A stretch of DNA of 64,000 nucleotides. It comes from Minisyncoccia bacterium (GTDB lineage: Bacteria > Patescibacteriota > Minisyncoccia > Phycocordibacterales > UBA9973). The stretch spans positions 252-64,251 of the forward strand of contig JBGATK010000004.1 in the NCBI GenBank assembly GCA_044229265.1, written 5' to 3'. Shown here in pieces: positions 50,587 to 59,267 of the stretch. The position numbers and the translations under genes were made by a program. How positions within the stretch are numbered: position 1 is the stretch's first letter; each line of letters opens with the position of its first letter. Under the pieces are notes generated by a model that worked only from the letters and a program-made list of their open reading frames with translations, did not search any database and was not told the origin of the DNA.

Positions 50587-50616
50587 TTGCTGTAAATCGT
50601 AGCTTTATATTATAAT
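50587..50616 (+). promoter_or_regulatory. Putative sigma70 promoter of the surface-protein gene
   Basis: TTGCTG-N18-TATAAT. Confidence 0.55.
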
Positions 50617-50619
50617 GTT

Positions 50620-51004
50620 TATATGTATATTTGGTGCACATTTATTTGTGCGTATATGCATATTGTAAATTCACTTTTGTTTTTAAGTCGAGTCGAAAAT
50701 CACTTAAAAATTTAGTGGACCCAAAGTAAAATATTTCGCAAGAAAAATCTTACCTAGGGAAATGTACGAACATTGAAAACTAAATATTTTCTTGCTCTCC
50801 GCAAATTTGCGAATAGTAAGAATCGTGTTTATGTTTTCAGTTATGTTTCTTGTCTCTGTTCATTTTCTTTTCTCGCAAACATTATTACTTTTTATTAGTT
50901 AATTTTAGTGAGAGAGAATTTGATGGGAAATACGCTTTAGTTTCCTTCTGGTAAAACAGAAGGAGTCGAAACTATATAAAGGCGTAAAATTAAAAAATAA
51001 AATT
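50620..51004 (+). other. Long structured 5' leader or possible ncRNA
   Basis: At least five hairpins, e.g. TTTTTAAGT/ACTTAAAAA, TTCTTGCT/AGTAAGAA, CCTTCTG/CAGAAGG, TACGCTTTA/TAAAGGCGTA. Confidence 0.55.
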
Positions 51005-54000
51005 ATGAGTAATTTATTAAAATCAAAATTTCTTTTAGGAACATTGGTTTTCGCAACTGTATTTGCTTTTGCAGCAAATGCTTCTGCGGCTACTTTCAAT
51101 GTTAACCTTAAAAAAGGAATGAGAAATGCTGATGTTACAGCACTTCAAAATGTTCTCGGAGTAAGTCCAGCTACTGGATACTTCGGACCAATAACATTCG
51201 CTGCAGTTAAGGCTTATCAAACAGCTCACGGAATCAGTCCTGTTTCAGGATTCGTAGGTCCACTTACAAGAGCTTCTTTGAATGCTTCAACTCCTACTAC
51301 CCCTACAACACCTACAACTCCAACTACACCTACACAAACAGGTCCAGTTACAGCTGCTGTGTCTACAGACACTCCTGCTGCTGGTACTTTGGTTGCTGGT
51401 CAAGCTACAGCTGATCTTGCGCACTTTACCTTCAGTGGTACAGGCACAGTTACATCTGTAGTATTGAAACGCATAGGCGTATCAGCAGACACTACTCCTT
51501 CAAACGTTTATTTGTTTGATGGCGTAAATCGTCTTACTGATGCAGCTTCTGTATCAAACACAGGTCTAGTAACATTTAATATGCCTTCAGGTATCTTTTC
51601 AGTAGCTGGTTCAAAAACTATCTCTGTAAAGTCTGATATCGCTGGCTCAACTTCAGGACAAACAGTTGGTATGATGCTTACATCATTCACTACTGCTTCT
51701 GGTGTTGTGAATACAACTTTGTCTGGAAATATCCACGCTATCGCTACAGCTACACTAGCTACAGTTTCAGCTGGAACAGTTACTCCTTCAGGAGCAACTC
51801 TTAATCCAGGTGCTGGTGTTACTCTATTCCAATCAACACTTACAGTTTCAAACCGTGATGTTTGGATGAAGAGAATTTCATTTAGAAACTTAGGTTCAGC
51901 ACAAGCTTCAGCTTTTGCTAACTTCAAGCTCTACATGAATGGCGTACAAGTCGCTACAGCTACTGGTTTAGATGCTAATGGTTATGTTACTTTTGACATG
52001 ACTTCAGCTCCTATTACAGTTGCTACTGGTGCTCGTGTAATGCGTGTTGATGCTGATATAATCTCTGGTGCTTCAAGAACAGTACAACTTTCACTTCGCA
52101 ATGCTGCTGATGTCGACTTTGTTGACTCATCATTCGGTGTGAACGTAGCTGCTTCTTCTACACCTTGGACAGCTTCTTCAGCTAACACTATCTCTGGTAC
52201 TTCTGGCGGTAGTATTACAATCGAGAAAGATACATCTTCACCTTCTGGAAACGTTGCTGCTGGTGTAAATGATAAAATTCTCGGTGTATTCAAAGTTACA
52301 GCTTTCGGTGAACCAATGAAAATCGAAACATTGCGTGCTGCAGTTACAGCATCTGATGGTTCTACAGCTTCTCTTCGCAACGGTCGCATAATGATCGGTG
52401 GCGTGCAATATGGTTCTACATCAACATTGCAAGAAGATAGTTCTTCACCTGCTTACACTTCATACACATTAAACTTCACAGTTTACCCAGGCACACCAGT
52501 TCTTATGGAACTACGTGCAGATATCTACGATAACGATGGTACTGACAACGTATCAAACGGTGATACATTCATCGGTGTTATCGCAGCTGGTTCTTCAAAC
52601 GTGCAAAAAGTTGATTCTCTAGGCTCAGTTACTGCTCCTTCTTCAGCTGTATCAGCTAACACTATTACAGTCGCTTCAGCAGCAGCTACTTTGACAAAAG
52701 ATGCTACTTATGCAAACCAAACAGTTGTTCTTCCATCTACTGCTTTCAAAATCGGTGATTGGAATTTGGCTGGTTCTTCAGTTGAAGATATTCTTTTGAC
52801 TACATTGTCATTTGATGTTGATGAAGTTTCTGATACAGAATTTGATGAGGGCGACCTTACAAATATGTATGTAGTAGTGAAGAGTGGTTCTACAATCGTG
52901 GCTCAACCTTCACCTCTAGCTACAGTTTCTGCTACAGACAATAACTTCTCTATCAATTACACATTGGTTAAGAATGGTTCTCTTTCAATCGAACTTTACG
53001 CTAACTTGTCTGACGATGGTTCTGATACATCAATTGATGCTACAGACTCATTCAAGACAGACTTGACTGTAACTGGTACTTCTTTGATCGGTGGTACTTC
53101 CGTCACTGCTACTTCAGCAGATACAGATGGTCAAACAATAGCAGCAGGTACAGCTTCAATAACAGCTACAACAGATGCTTCAGCGATGCTTCAGCTCCAG
53201 TTGCTTCAATTGTCTATGACAATCAAACAGTAACAGCTTCAGTATTCAAATTTGCAGCACTTACAGCAGGCTACAATGTGACTGATCTTACATTCACATT
53301 AGCAAACGCTACAGTTGCTCAAACAGTTGAGCTTTACGATGGTGCTACTCTAGTAGCTAGCCTTCCAGGCGCATCTACAGTAACATTCTCAGGTCTTTCA
53401 TGGAATGTTCCTGCAAATACCAACAAATACTTAACTGTAAAACTGGTTCTAGGTGCAGTAGGTATTGGTGCTGGTACTTCAGGTTCATCACAACTTCTTA
53501 CTTTGACAGCATTCTCAGCTACAAATACTTCTACTGGTGTTAACGCAACAGGAACAGAAAGTGATCCAGCTGGAAATGCGATGTATGCTTATGCATCTAC
53601 ACCAACAATCACAAACGTAGCTCTTCCTACAACAACTTTGAACACAGGCACTGTAACAGCTGCTAAATTCTCAGTTGCTTCAAACGGAGGTTCTATCGAA
53701 TGGAAGAAGTTGATCTTTACTATCACAAAGAGTATTTCTGGTACTGATACTCTAGCTTCAGGTACAGTTTGGGATGCAGATACTAACACACAAGTTGCTG
53801 GTACATTTACATTCACAGGCTCTGTAGAAGCAGATAACGATACTGCTGGAGGTGCTACATTCGTAGCTACTAACCCACAAGCTATCAACGGTACAAAGAC
53901 TTACGTTGTAAAGATGACAGTTGCAGGTACACTTGCATCCGGTGATAACATGAGTGTTTACATCGATCAATTACCTACAAGCTATGCAGCTTCAAACGAT

Positions 54001-54141
54001 TACACTACAGTAGCAGCTACAACAGCTACTCTAGTATGGTCTGATCTATCAGCTTCTGGTCACAGTACATCAACAACTGACTGGGTTAATTCTTACTTAG
54101 TTAAGAATCTTCCAACAGATACTCAAACTCTTACTTACTAA
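51005..54141 (+). pseudogene. Large secreted surface/S-layer-like protein with a peptidoglycan-binding domain, frameshifted by an 11-bp duplication
   Basis: Signal peptide, PG_binding_1-like LKKG..DVTALQ..GYFGPIT..AVKAYQ..GFVGPLTR, PTT linker; deleting one GATGCTTCAGC joins the 51005 and 53278 ORFs into 1041 aa. Confidence 0.8.
53174..53195 (+). repeat. Tandem 11-bp duplication GATGCTTCAGC x2
   Basis: Read directly: ACA-GATGCTTCAGC-GATGCTTCAGC-TCCA. Confidence 0.9.
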
Positions 54142-54178
54142 TAAGTAGAAGATTGAAGTTGGTCTAAACTAGACTGAT

Positions 54179-54214
54179 AAACAAAAAACCACCCGAAAGG
54201 GTGGTTTTTTGTTT
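54179..54214 (+). terminator. Strong intrinsic terminator
   Basis: AAACAAAAAACCACCC-GAAA-GGGTGGTTTTTTGTTT. Confidence 0.9.
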
Positions 54215-54239
54215 TGTTTTTTGGTATATTGATAGTGCT

Positions 54240-54911
54240 ATGAAAAACATGAATAAAGAGCAAAAGGTAGGTATTATTATAATCATTATTATAGTTTTAG
54301 GTTTGGTTTATTTTAATGTAAGTAAAAAAGAAGAGGTCGTAGAAAATACAGACCAAAAAATAGAAGAAAACACACAAGAATTATTAAAAGAGGAAACAAA
54401 AACTCCAGTACAAAATACAGTTAAAACTCCAAGTGCTAAAGACAGCTTTAATATAGCTATGACAAAAGGAAATACTTCATTTTCAGCAAAAAGATACGAA
54501 GAAGCGGCTGTTTTCTTTAAAGAAGCTTTAAATTATAAAGATTCTGATACAGTATATATTCGTCTATTTGATGTGTATAATGCGCAAAATAATATCGACG
54601 AAGCAAGGGTTTATCTCGAAAAGGCTATCCAAAAAAATCCAGCTTACACTGAATATCGAACTACAAAATTAGTTTTTTTAGATGAAAAGACTAATATCTC
54701 ATATCTGGACTTAAAGAAAATATATGAAGATGCTTTGCCAAAAGTAGATACTCGCACCAAGGTAAACTTGGTTACTACTTTCGCTCGTGTTGCTGAAGCA
54801 AATAAACAATACGGGGAAGCTGCATTCTATTTTGGTTATGCTAAGGAAATATATCCTGCAAATGCGGCTATTTTCCAAGCTGAAATCGACCGCCTCCACA
54901 CCCTCAAATAA
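54240..54911 (+). CDS. Membrane-anchored TPR-like protein
   Basis: TM followed by YEEAAVFFKEAL and EARVYLEKAIQKNP TPR-like helices. Confidence 0.75.
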   Translation: MKNMNKEQKVGIIIIIIIVLGLVYFNVSKKEEVVENTDQKIEENTQELLKEETKTPVQNTVKTPSAKDSFNIAMTKGNTSFSAKRYEEAAVFFKEALNYKDSDTVYIRLFDVYNAQNNIDEARVYLEKAIQKNPAYTEYRTTKLVFLDEKTNISYLDLKKIYEDALPKVDTRTKVNLVTTFARVAEANKQYGEAAFYFGYAKEIYPANAAIFQAEIDRLHTLK

Positions 54912-54913
54912 CC

Positions 54914-54974
54914 TTTCAGGTGTCCGACACCCGATAACCTTACAAACAAAAGCCCGTCGGGTGTTCGACACCTG
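54914..54974. repeat. REPIN-like doublet, left copy
   Basis: TCAGGTGTCCGACACCCGA..TCGGGTGTTCGACACCTG inverted pair. Confidence 0.9.
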
Positions 54975-55001
54975 AGGGCTTTTTGTTTATAATATTTATG
55001 T

Positions 55002-55694
55002 ATGAGAAAAGATCCATTAATAACAGGTATGTATTATCATATATACAATCGTGGTGTGGATAAACGAGATATTTTTTCTAATTTAAATGATTTAAAGCGT
55101 TTTGTTTTAAGTGCTAAAAAATTTAATAATATTAAGCCGATAGGTAGCTTGAAAGATAAATTAATAGAAGAAAAAAACTTGTCAGGTGTCGAACACCCGA
55201 CGGACGAAATAAAAGAACTTGTTTCTATCGTTTGTTTTTCATTTAATCCAAACCATTTCCATTTTATTGTAAAACAAGAAGTTGATGGAGGTGTATCAGA
55301 ATTTTTTAAAAGATTATTGGGTGGTTATACTAATTATTTTAATATTACAAATCGTAGAAATGGCTCATTGTTTCAAGGTAAATTTAAATCAAATCTTATA
55401 GATGATGATGCGTATTTTTTAAAGATTTACCCATATGCTCATATGAATTATCTGGTTCATGATATTCCAAAAGAAAAACAGCATTTGGTTTTTACTAGTG
55501 AAAAAGAATATAATTCTGGTATTTTTAATTTAGTTTCAAAAAAAGAGGCTGAAGAATTGATAGCCGGATACGGTTCTTTAGAAAATTTTAAAAAAGAATG
55601 TTTAGAAGTTATAGATATGATTAGAGAAGAAAGGGGGCTTGAGCCTCTCGACGGAGAAGACAATTTACCATTTCAGGTGTCCGACACCCGATAA
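55002..55694 (+). CDS. REP-associated tyrosine transposase (RAYT; IS200/IS605 Y1 HUH family)
   Basis: YYHIYNRG, NPNHFH (HUH), LFQGKFKS, YAHMN (putative catalytic Tyr). Confidence 0.88.
   Translation: MRKDPLITGMYYHIYNRGVDKRDIFSNLNDLKRFVLSAKKFNNIKPIGSLKDKLIEEKNLSGVEHPTDEIKELVSIVCFSFNPNHFHFIVKQEVDGGVSEFFKRLLGGYTNYFNITNRRNGSLFQGKFKSNLIDDDAYFLKIYPYAHMNYLVHDIPKEKQHLVFTSEKEYNSGIFNLVSKKEAEELIAGYGSLENFKKECLEVIDMIREERGLEPLDGEDNLPFQVSDTR
55182..55203. repeat. REP unit inside the transposase ORF
   Basis: TCAGGTGTCGAACACCCGACGG, exact reverse complement of 54954-54975; encodes SGVEHPT. Confidence 0.85.
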
Positions 55695-55731
55695 CCTTAT
55701 AAACAAAAGCCCGTCGGGTGTTCGACACCTG
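55671..55731. repeat. REPIN-like doublet, right copy
   Basis: Same as the left copy except one C/T; contains the transposase stop codon. Confidence 0.9.
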
Positions 55732-56391
55732 TTAGTGGGCAATGGTGAAAGCGTAGATTTTTCGGACACCAGCTTCTGTAAGGACCTTTTTGGCTTCTGA
55801 TAATGTAGCTCCTGTGGTAATGACATCGTCTATTAGGACGATGTTTTTGCCTTTTATATCGTATTTTGGATTTAAAACAAAGGTGCCTTTGAGGTTTTTT
55901 AGTCTTTCACTGCGATTTTTTATGCGTGCCTGATGCTCGGTTTCTTTCTTTTTTTGCAAAATATTTAAATCTATCTCAAAATGCAAAGCTTTTCTGTTTT
56001 TATTAATTTTTGCAACTCCGCTCACTATTAATGCCGTCTGATTAAAACCACGCTCTTTTAGGCGTTTTTTAGAAAGAGGTATGGGGATTAAAATTGGGTT
56101 TTCAAAATTTTCAAATTGAGCGAGTTCCGGTAATTCTTCTAACATTTTTTCATATAAAGCTTGTGCAAAAATGCTGGCTAAACGTTTTTTATGTTTATAT
56201 TTTAACATCCACATTACTTTTTTAACTGGTGGATGGCGATAATCAAATATTGGGAAAATCCACTTCGGGCATTCTCGCACAGCATTTTTAGAGTTAGAGA
56301 GGCATTCAAAGCATATCTCAGTGCCAGATTTACGGCATATAAAGCAATTCACAGGAAAAATAAAGTCTAGTATTGTGTTTAGATAGCTCAT
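55732..56391 (-). CDS. comF: ComF family protein
   Basis: CFIC..CFEC, PIPL..RGFNQ, LIDDVITTGATL. Confidence 0.92.
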   Translation of the reverse strand: MSYLNTILDFIFPVNCFICRKSGTEICFECLSNSKNAVRECPKWIFPIFDYRHPPVKKVMWMLKYKHKKRLASIFAQALYEKMLEELPELAQFENFENPILIPIPLSKKRLKERGFNQTALIVSGVAKINKNRKALHFEIDLNILQKKKETEHQARIKNRSERLKNLKGTFVLNPKYDIKGKNIVLIDDVITTGATLSEAKKVLTEAGVRKIYAFTIAH

Positions 56392-56439
56392 ATGTGTTAT
56401 AATTTATATGTATAATAACAGAAAGAAATAAAAATTAAC

Positions 56440-57573
56440 ATGGATAATCCACTAAAAAAGTTGTTCAATTCGGCTACTTCAGTTTTTTCAAGGAGCGGAG
56501 CAGGGGGTAGTGCTCTCGGTATCGACATAGGAACTTCAGCAATAAAAATTGTTGAGATAAAAAAGAAAGGAAGCAAGGCTGTGCTGGAAACATACGGTTC
56601 TATTTCGCTTGGCCCTTATGCTGGCACCGAAGTTGGCCGAGTTACAAATTTACCTCTTGAAAAAATAGTAGAGGCATTAAAAGAAGTCTTGAAGCAATCA
56701 AATGTATCTACTACAGACTCAGCGCTTTCCGTTTCAGTGCAGTCGAGCCTTGTTTTTACTATGGATTTACCAGCTAAGGTAGATGAATCACAAATCGCAA
56801 GTATTATTCCAAATGAAGCTCGTAAATTTATTCCTGTGCCTATTACTGAAGTTTCTCTAGATTATTTTATTTTACCTAAAAAAGAGCCTTCTTACGAAGA
56901 GATGAATGCTGGGGATTCTATGGTAGCACCTCAAGATAAAAAAGAAGTATTAGTAGTAGCAATTCAAAATGATGCTATAGAAAAATTGCGAACAGTAGTC
57001 AAAGACACTATGATAAATTCTTCTTTTTTTGAATTAGAAATATTTTCTTCAGTAAGAGCTAATTTCGAACATGAATTATCTTTAGTATTATTGATAGATT
57101 TTGGGGCGAGTCGTACTAAGCTTTCATTGGTGGAATTCGGTATTGTGAAGAATTATCACACTATAAATCGTGGAGGTTCTGATATTACTGATGCTGTGGC
57201 TAAATCACTCGACATTCCTTTTGAAAAAGCAGAAAATTTAAAGAAAGAATTTGGTTTATATGAAAATACTACTGAAAATAAGATGGCTGAAGTGATAAAA
57301 AGCCAGCTCGACTATATCTTTTCTGAAACAAATAATGTATTATTAGGATATGAAAAGAAATACGGCCGAACTGTAAGCAAGGTCATATTTACCGGTGGCG
57401 GAGCACTCATGAAAGGTCTCAAAGAAATTTCTTTAAATAATTTTCGGGCAGATGTAGAAATAGGTCGTCCATTTAAAAAAGTTGGCGCACCTCAATTTTT
57501 AGAAAAAGTTTTAGAGTCTACTGGTCCAGAATTTGCTGTAGCTATCGGACTCGCACTTAGAAAATTGCAATAA
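56440..57573 (+). CDS. pilM: Type IV pilus assembly protein PilM (copy 2)
   Basis: LGIDIGTSAIKIVE, IDFGAS, FTGGGA, AVAIGLALR. Confidence 0.88.
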   Translation: MDNPLKKLFNSATSVFSRSGAGGSALGIDIGTSAIKIVEIKKKGSKAVLETYGSISLGPYAGTEVGRVTNLPLEKIVEALKEVLKQSNVSTTDSALSVSVQSSLVFTMDLPAKVDESQIASIIPNEARKFIPVPITEVSLDYFILPKKEPSYEEMNAGDSMVAPQDKKEVLVVAIQNDAIEKLRTVVKDTMINSSFFELEIFSSVRANFEHELSLVLLIDFGASRTKLSLVEFGIVKNYHTINRGGSDITDAVAKSLDIPFEKAENLKKEFGLYENTTENKMAEVIKSQLDYIFSETNNVLLGYEKKYGRTVSKVIFTGGGALMKGLKEISLNNFRADVEIGRPFKKVGAPQFLEKVLESTGPEFAVAIGLALRKLQ

Positions 57574-57592
57574 ATATTTTATAATATAAAAA

Positions 57593-58246
57593 ATGGAGCA
57601 AACTTTTCAAACATCATTTATACCTAAAAAGCCGATAGTAGAAGGCGATGCACCTAGGAGGGAATCTCGCCCTATAGGTTTCTTTACTATTTTTTCTATT
57701 TTTATTTTTTTTGTAACTATTGTTCTTGGTGGAGGAATATATTTTTACGAAAAGACTCTCCAAGAAAAATTAGTTGAACTTTCAGCAAATCAAAAAAAGG
57801 CTGATGAGCGTTTTGAATCTTCAAAGAAAAAAGAACTCCAACTCATCGATCATAGGCTTACTGTAGCAAATCAGGTTTTATCAAAACACATAGCAGTGTC
57901 TCCAATATTTAATGCTCTTAGTAAAGTAACTATGAGAGAAGTTCGTTTTACGAAGTTTTCTTATGAACTCGGTGCAGATAAAAATAGTAATATAAAAGTA
58001 AAATTAACTGGAGAAACAAAGAAATATGTAGATGTAGCCCTACAAGCAGATTTATTCTCACAAGAGAAAAATTTTATTGATCCTGTTTTTTCAAATATGA
58101 TTCCAAACGAAAAAGGTGATATTGCTTTTGATGTAGAATTTTATGTCGATCCGTCTTTTGTAGATTATAAAACAGTTTTAAAATCAGGCGTTTATAGTGA
58201 TAGCCTGGAGGATTTTCCTACAAATCAAAGTGCGCCAATAAATTAA
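57593..58246 (+). CDS. PilN-like protein
   Basis: TSFIPKKP, TM, position after pilM. Confidence 0.65.
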   Translation: MEQTFQTSFIPKKPIVEGDAPRRESRPIGFFTIFSIFIFFVTIVLGGGIYFYEKTLQEKLVELSANQKKADERFESSKKKELQLIDHRLTVANQVLSKHIAVSPIFNALSKVTMREVRFTKFSYELGADKNSNIKVKLTGETKKYVDVALQADLFSQEKNFIDPVFSNMIPNEKGDIAFDVEFYVDPSFVDYKTVLKSGVYSDSLEDFPTNQSAPIN

Positions 58247-58252
58247 ATTATT

Positions 58253-58849
58253 ATGCTTAGATCTATATTACCCATAACTTTAATACTTGCATCCATAGCC
58301 GTTTTTTTGGTGGTTGTAATGCCGACTTATAGAAAGGTAGCTGATTTAAGAGCAGAGGTTTCTGAAAAAAATAATGCACTGGATCAAGCTAGAGTTTTAG
58401 AAAAAGAACGAGAACAATTAACTAATAAATACAATGAAATTAGTCTCGAAAATCGCGAGCGCTTAGAAAAGCTTTTGCCTGACAATGTAGACAATATTCG
58501 TTTGATACTCGAAATCAACGATGTAGTAGCTTCAGCTTATGGCATGACTCTCAAAGACATAAGATACGATTCAAATGATAATTCTAAAAAAACACAAAAT
58601 GCTTCTCTTCCAAGTGCGTCTCAAGCAACACCTAATGATACAAATCCTTACGGTGTTTGGAATTTAGAATTCAGTACCGAGGGAAGTTATGATAATTTTC
58701 TTAATTTTCTAAACGCACTGGAACACAATCTACGCATGGTAGATATAGCTTCAATTTCTTTTGATTCCAACGTCGAAAAAGATAAAAAAAATCCAGGAGA
58801 TGTTTATAAATATTCGTTCAAGATTAAAACTTATTGGTTAAAGAATTAA
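58253..58849 (+). CDS. PilO-like protein
   Basis: TM, coiled coil, KLLPD, GSYDNFLNFLNALEHNLR. Confidence 0.75.
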   Translation: MLRSILPITLILASIAVFLVVVMPTYRKVADLRAEVSEKNNALDQARVLEKEREQLTNKYNEISLENRERLEKLLPDNVDNIRLILEINDVVASAYGMTLKDIRYDSNDNSKKTQNASLPSASQATPNDTNPYGVWNLEFSTEGSYDNFLNFLNALEHNLRMVDIASISFDSNVEKDKKNPGDVYKYSFKIKTYWLKN

Positions 58850-58851
58850 TT

Positions 58852-59265
58852 ATGAAAGGCATAATACGAAACTTAATATTATTTATAGTAATCGGCGGAA
58901 TACTAGCTGGTGGGTTTTATTATTTCTTTAATAAAAATACTGGGGTAGAAGCAAATATATCTTCTTCTGCTACTGCACCTATAAATCCTACTTTGAATTC
59001 TGGTAATAATTTACCAGCTACAAGTATATCCGGTATTACTTTGGATACATCTATATTTTCTAATCCAGCATTTTTGTCTCTTCGTGATTCAAGTGTAATA
59101 CTAATACCTCGTGGCAATGAAGGTAGGCCAAATCCATTTGCTCCAATTGGGATAGATAAAACTTCGAATACTTTGAATACTCTTTCTTTACCTTCAGATG
59201 TAAATACAGGATCCGACGCGAGTATTTTAGAAAATGGGAATTCAGGCACAAGCAATACAAATTAA
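58852..59265 (+). CDS. Single-TM pilus-operon protein (PilP position)
   Basis: TM, GRPNPFAP motif. Confidence 0.6.
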   Translation: MKGIIRNLILFIVIGGILAGGFYYFFNKNTGVEANISSSATAPINPTLNSGNNLPATSISGITLDTSIFSNPAFLSLRDSSVILIPRGNEGRPNPFAPIGIDKTSNTLNTLSLPSDVNTGSDASILENGNSGTSNTN

Positions 59266-59267
59266 CT

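Larger units (their letters stand above)
54914..55731. mobile_element. RAYT/REPIN-like unit: HUH transposase flanked by 61-bp direct repeats
   Basis: Repeats at 54914-54974 and 55671-55731 (60/61 identical) enclosing a Y1 transposase. Confidence 0.75.

Noticed and set aside
49604-50620. Calling this region oriC or a dif site
   Set aside because: Only two imperfect DnaA-like boxes, no dnaA, no recognisable dif consensus, and no sustained switch in gene strand.
51288-51335. Tandem repeat encoding TPTTPTTPTTPT
   Set aside because: Degenerate at synonymous positions; an ordinary Pro/Thr linker.
51508-53970. Long antisense ORFs opposite the surface-protein gene (and similar shadow ORFs across the window)
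   Set aside because: Shadow ORFs produced by biased codon usage; no motifs or promoters.
53278-54141. Independent gene starting at GTG 53278
   Set aside because: No signal peptide or promoter; the frame is open back to the 11-bp duplication, so it is the C-terminus of the 51005 gene.
55056-55064. Perfect DnaA box TGTGGATAA inside the transposase
   Set aside because: Isolated and explained by the conserved RGVDK codons.
54914-55731. CRISPR array interpretation of the palindromic repeats
   Set aside because: Units alternate in orientation, the spacer is the same in both copies, spacing is irregular and no cas genes are present.
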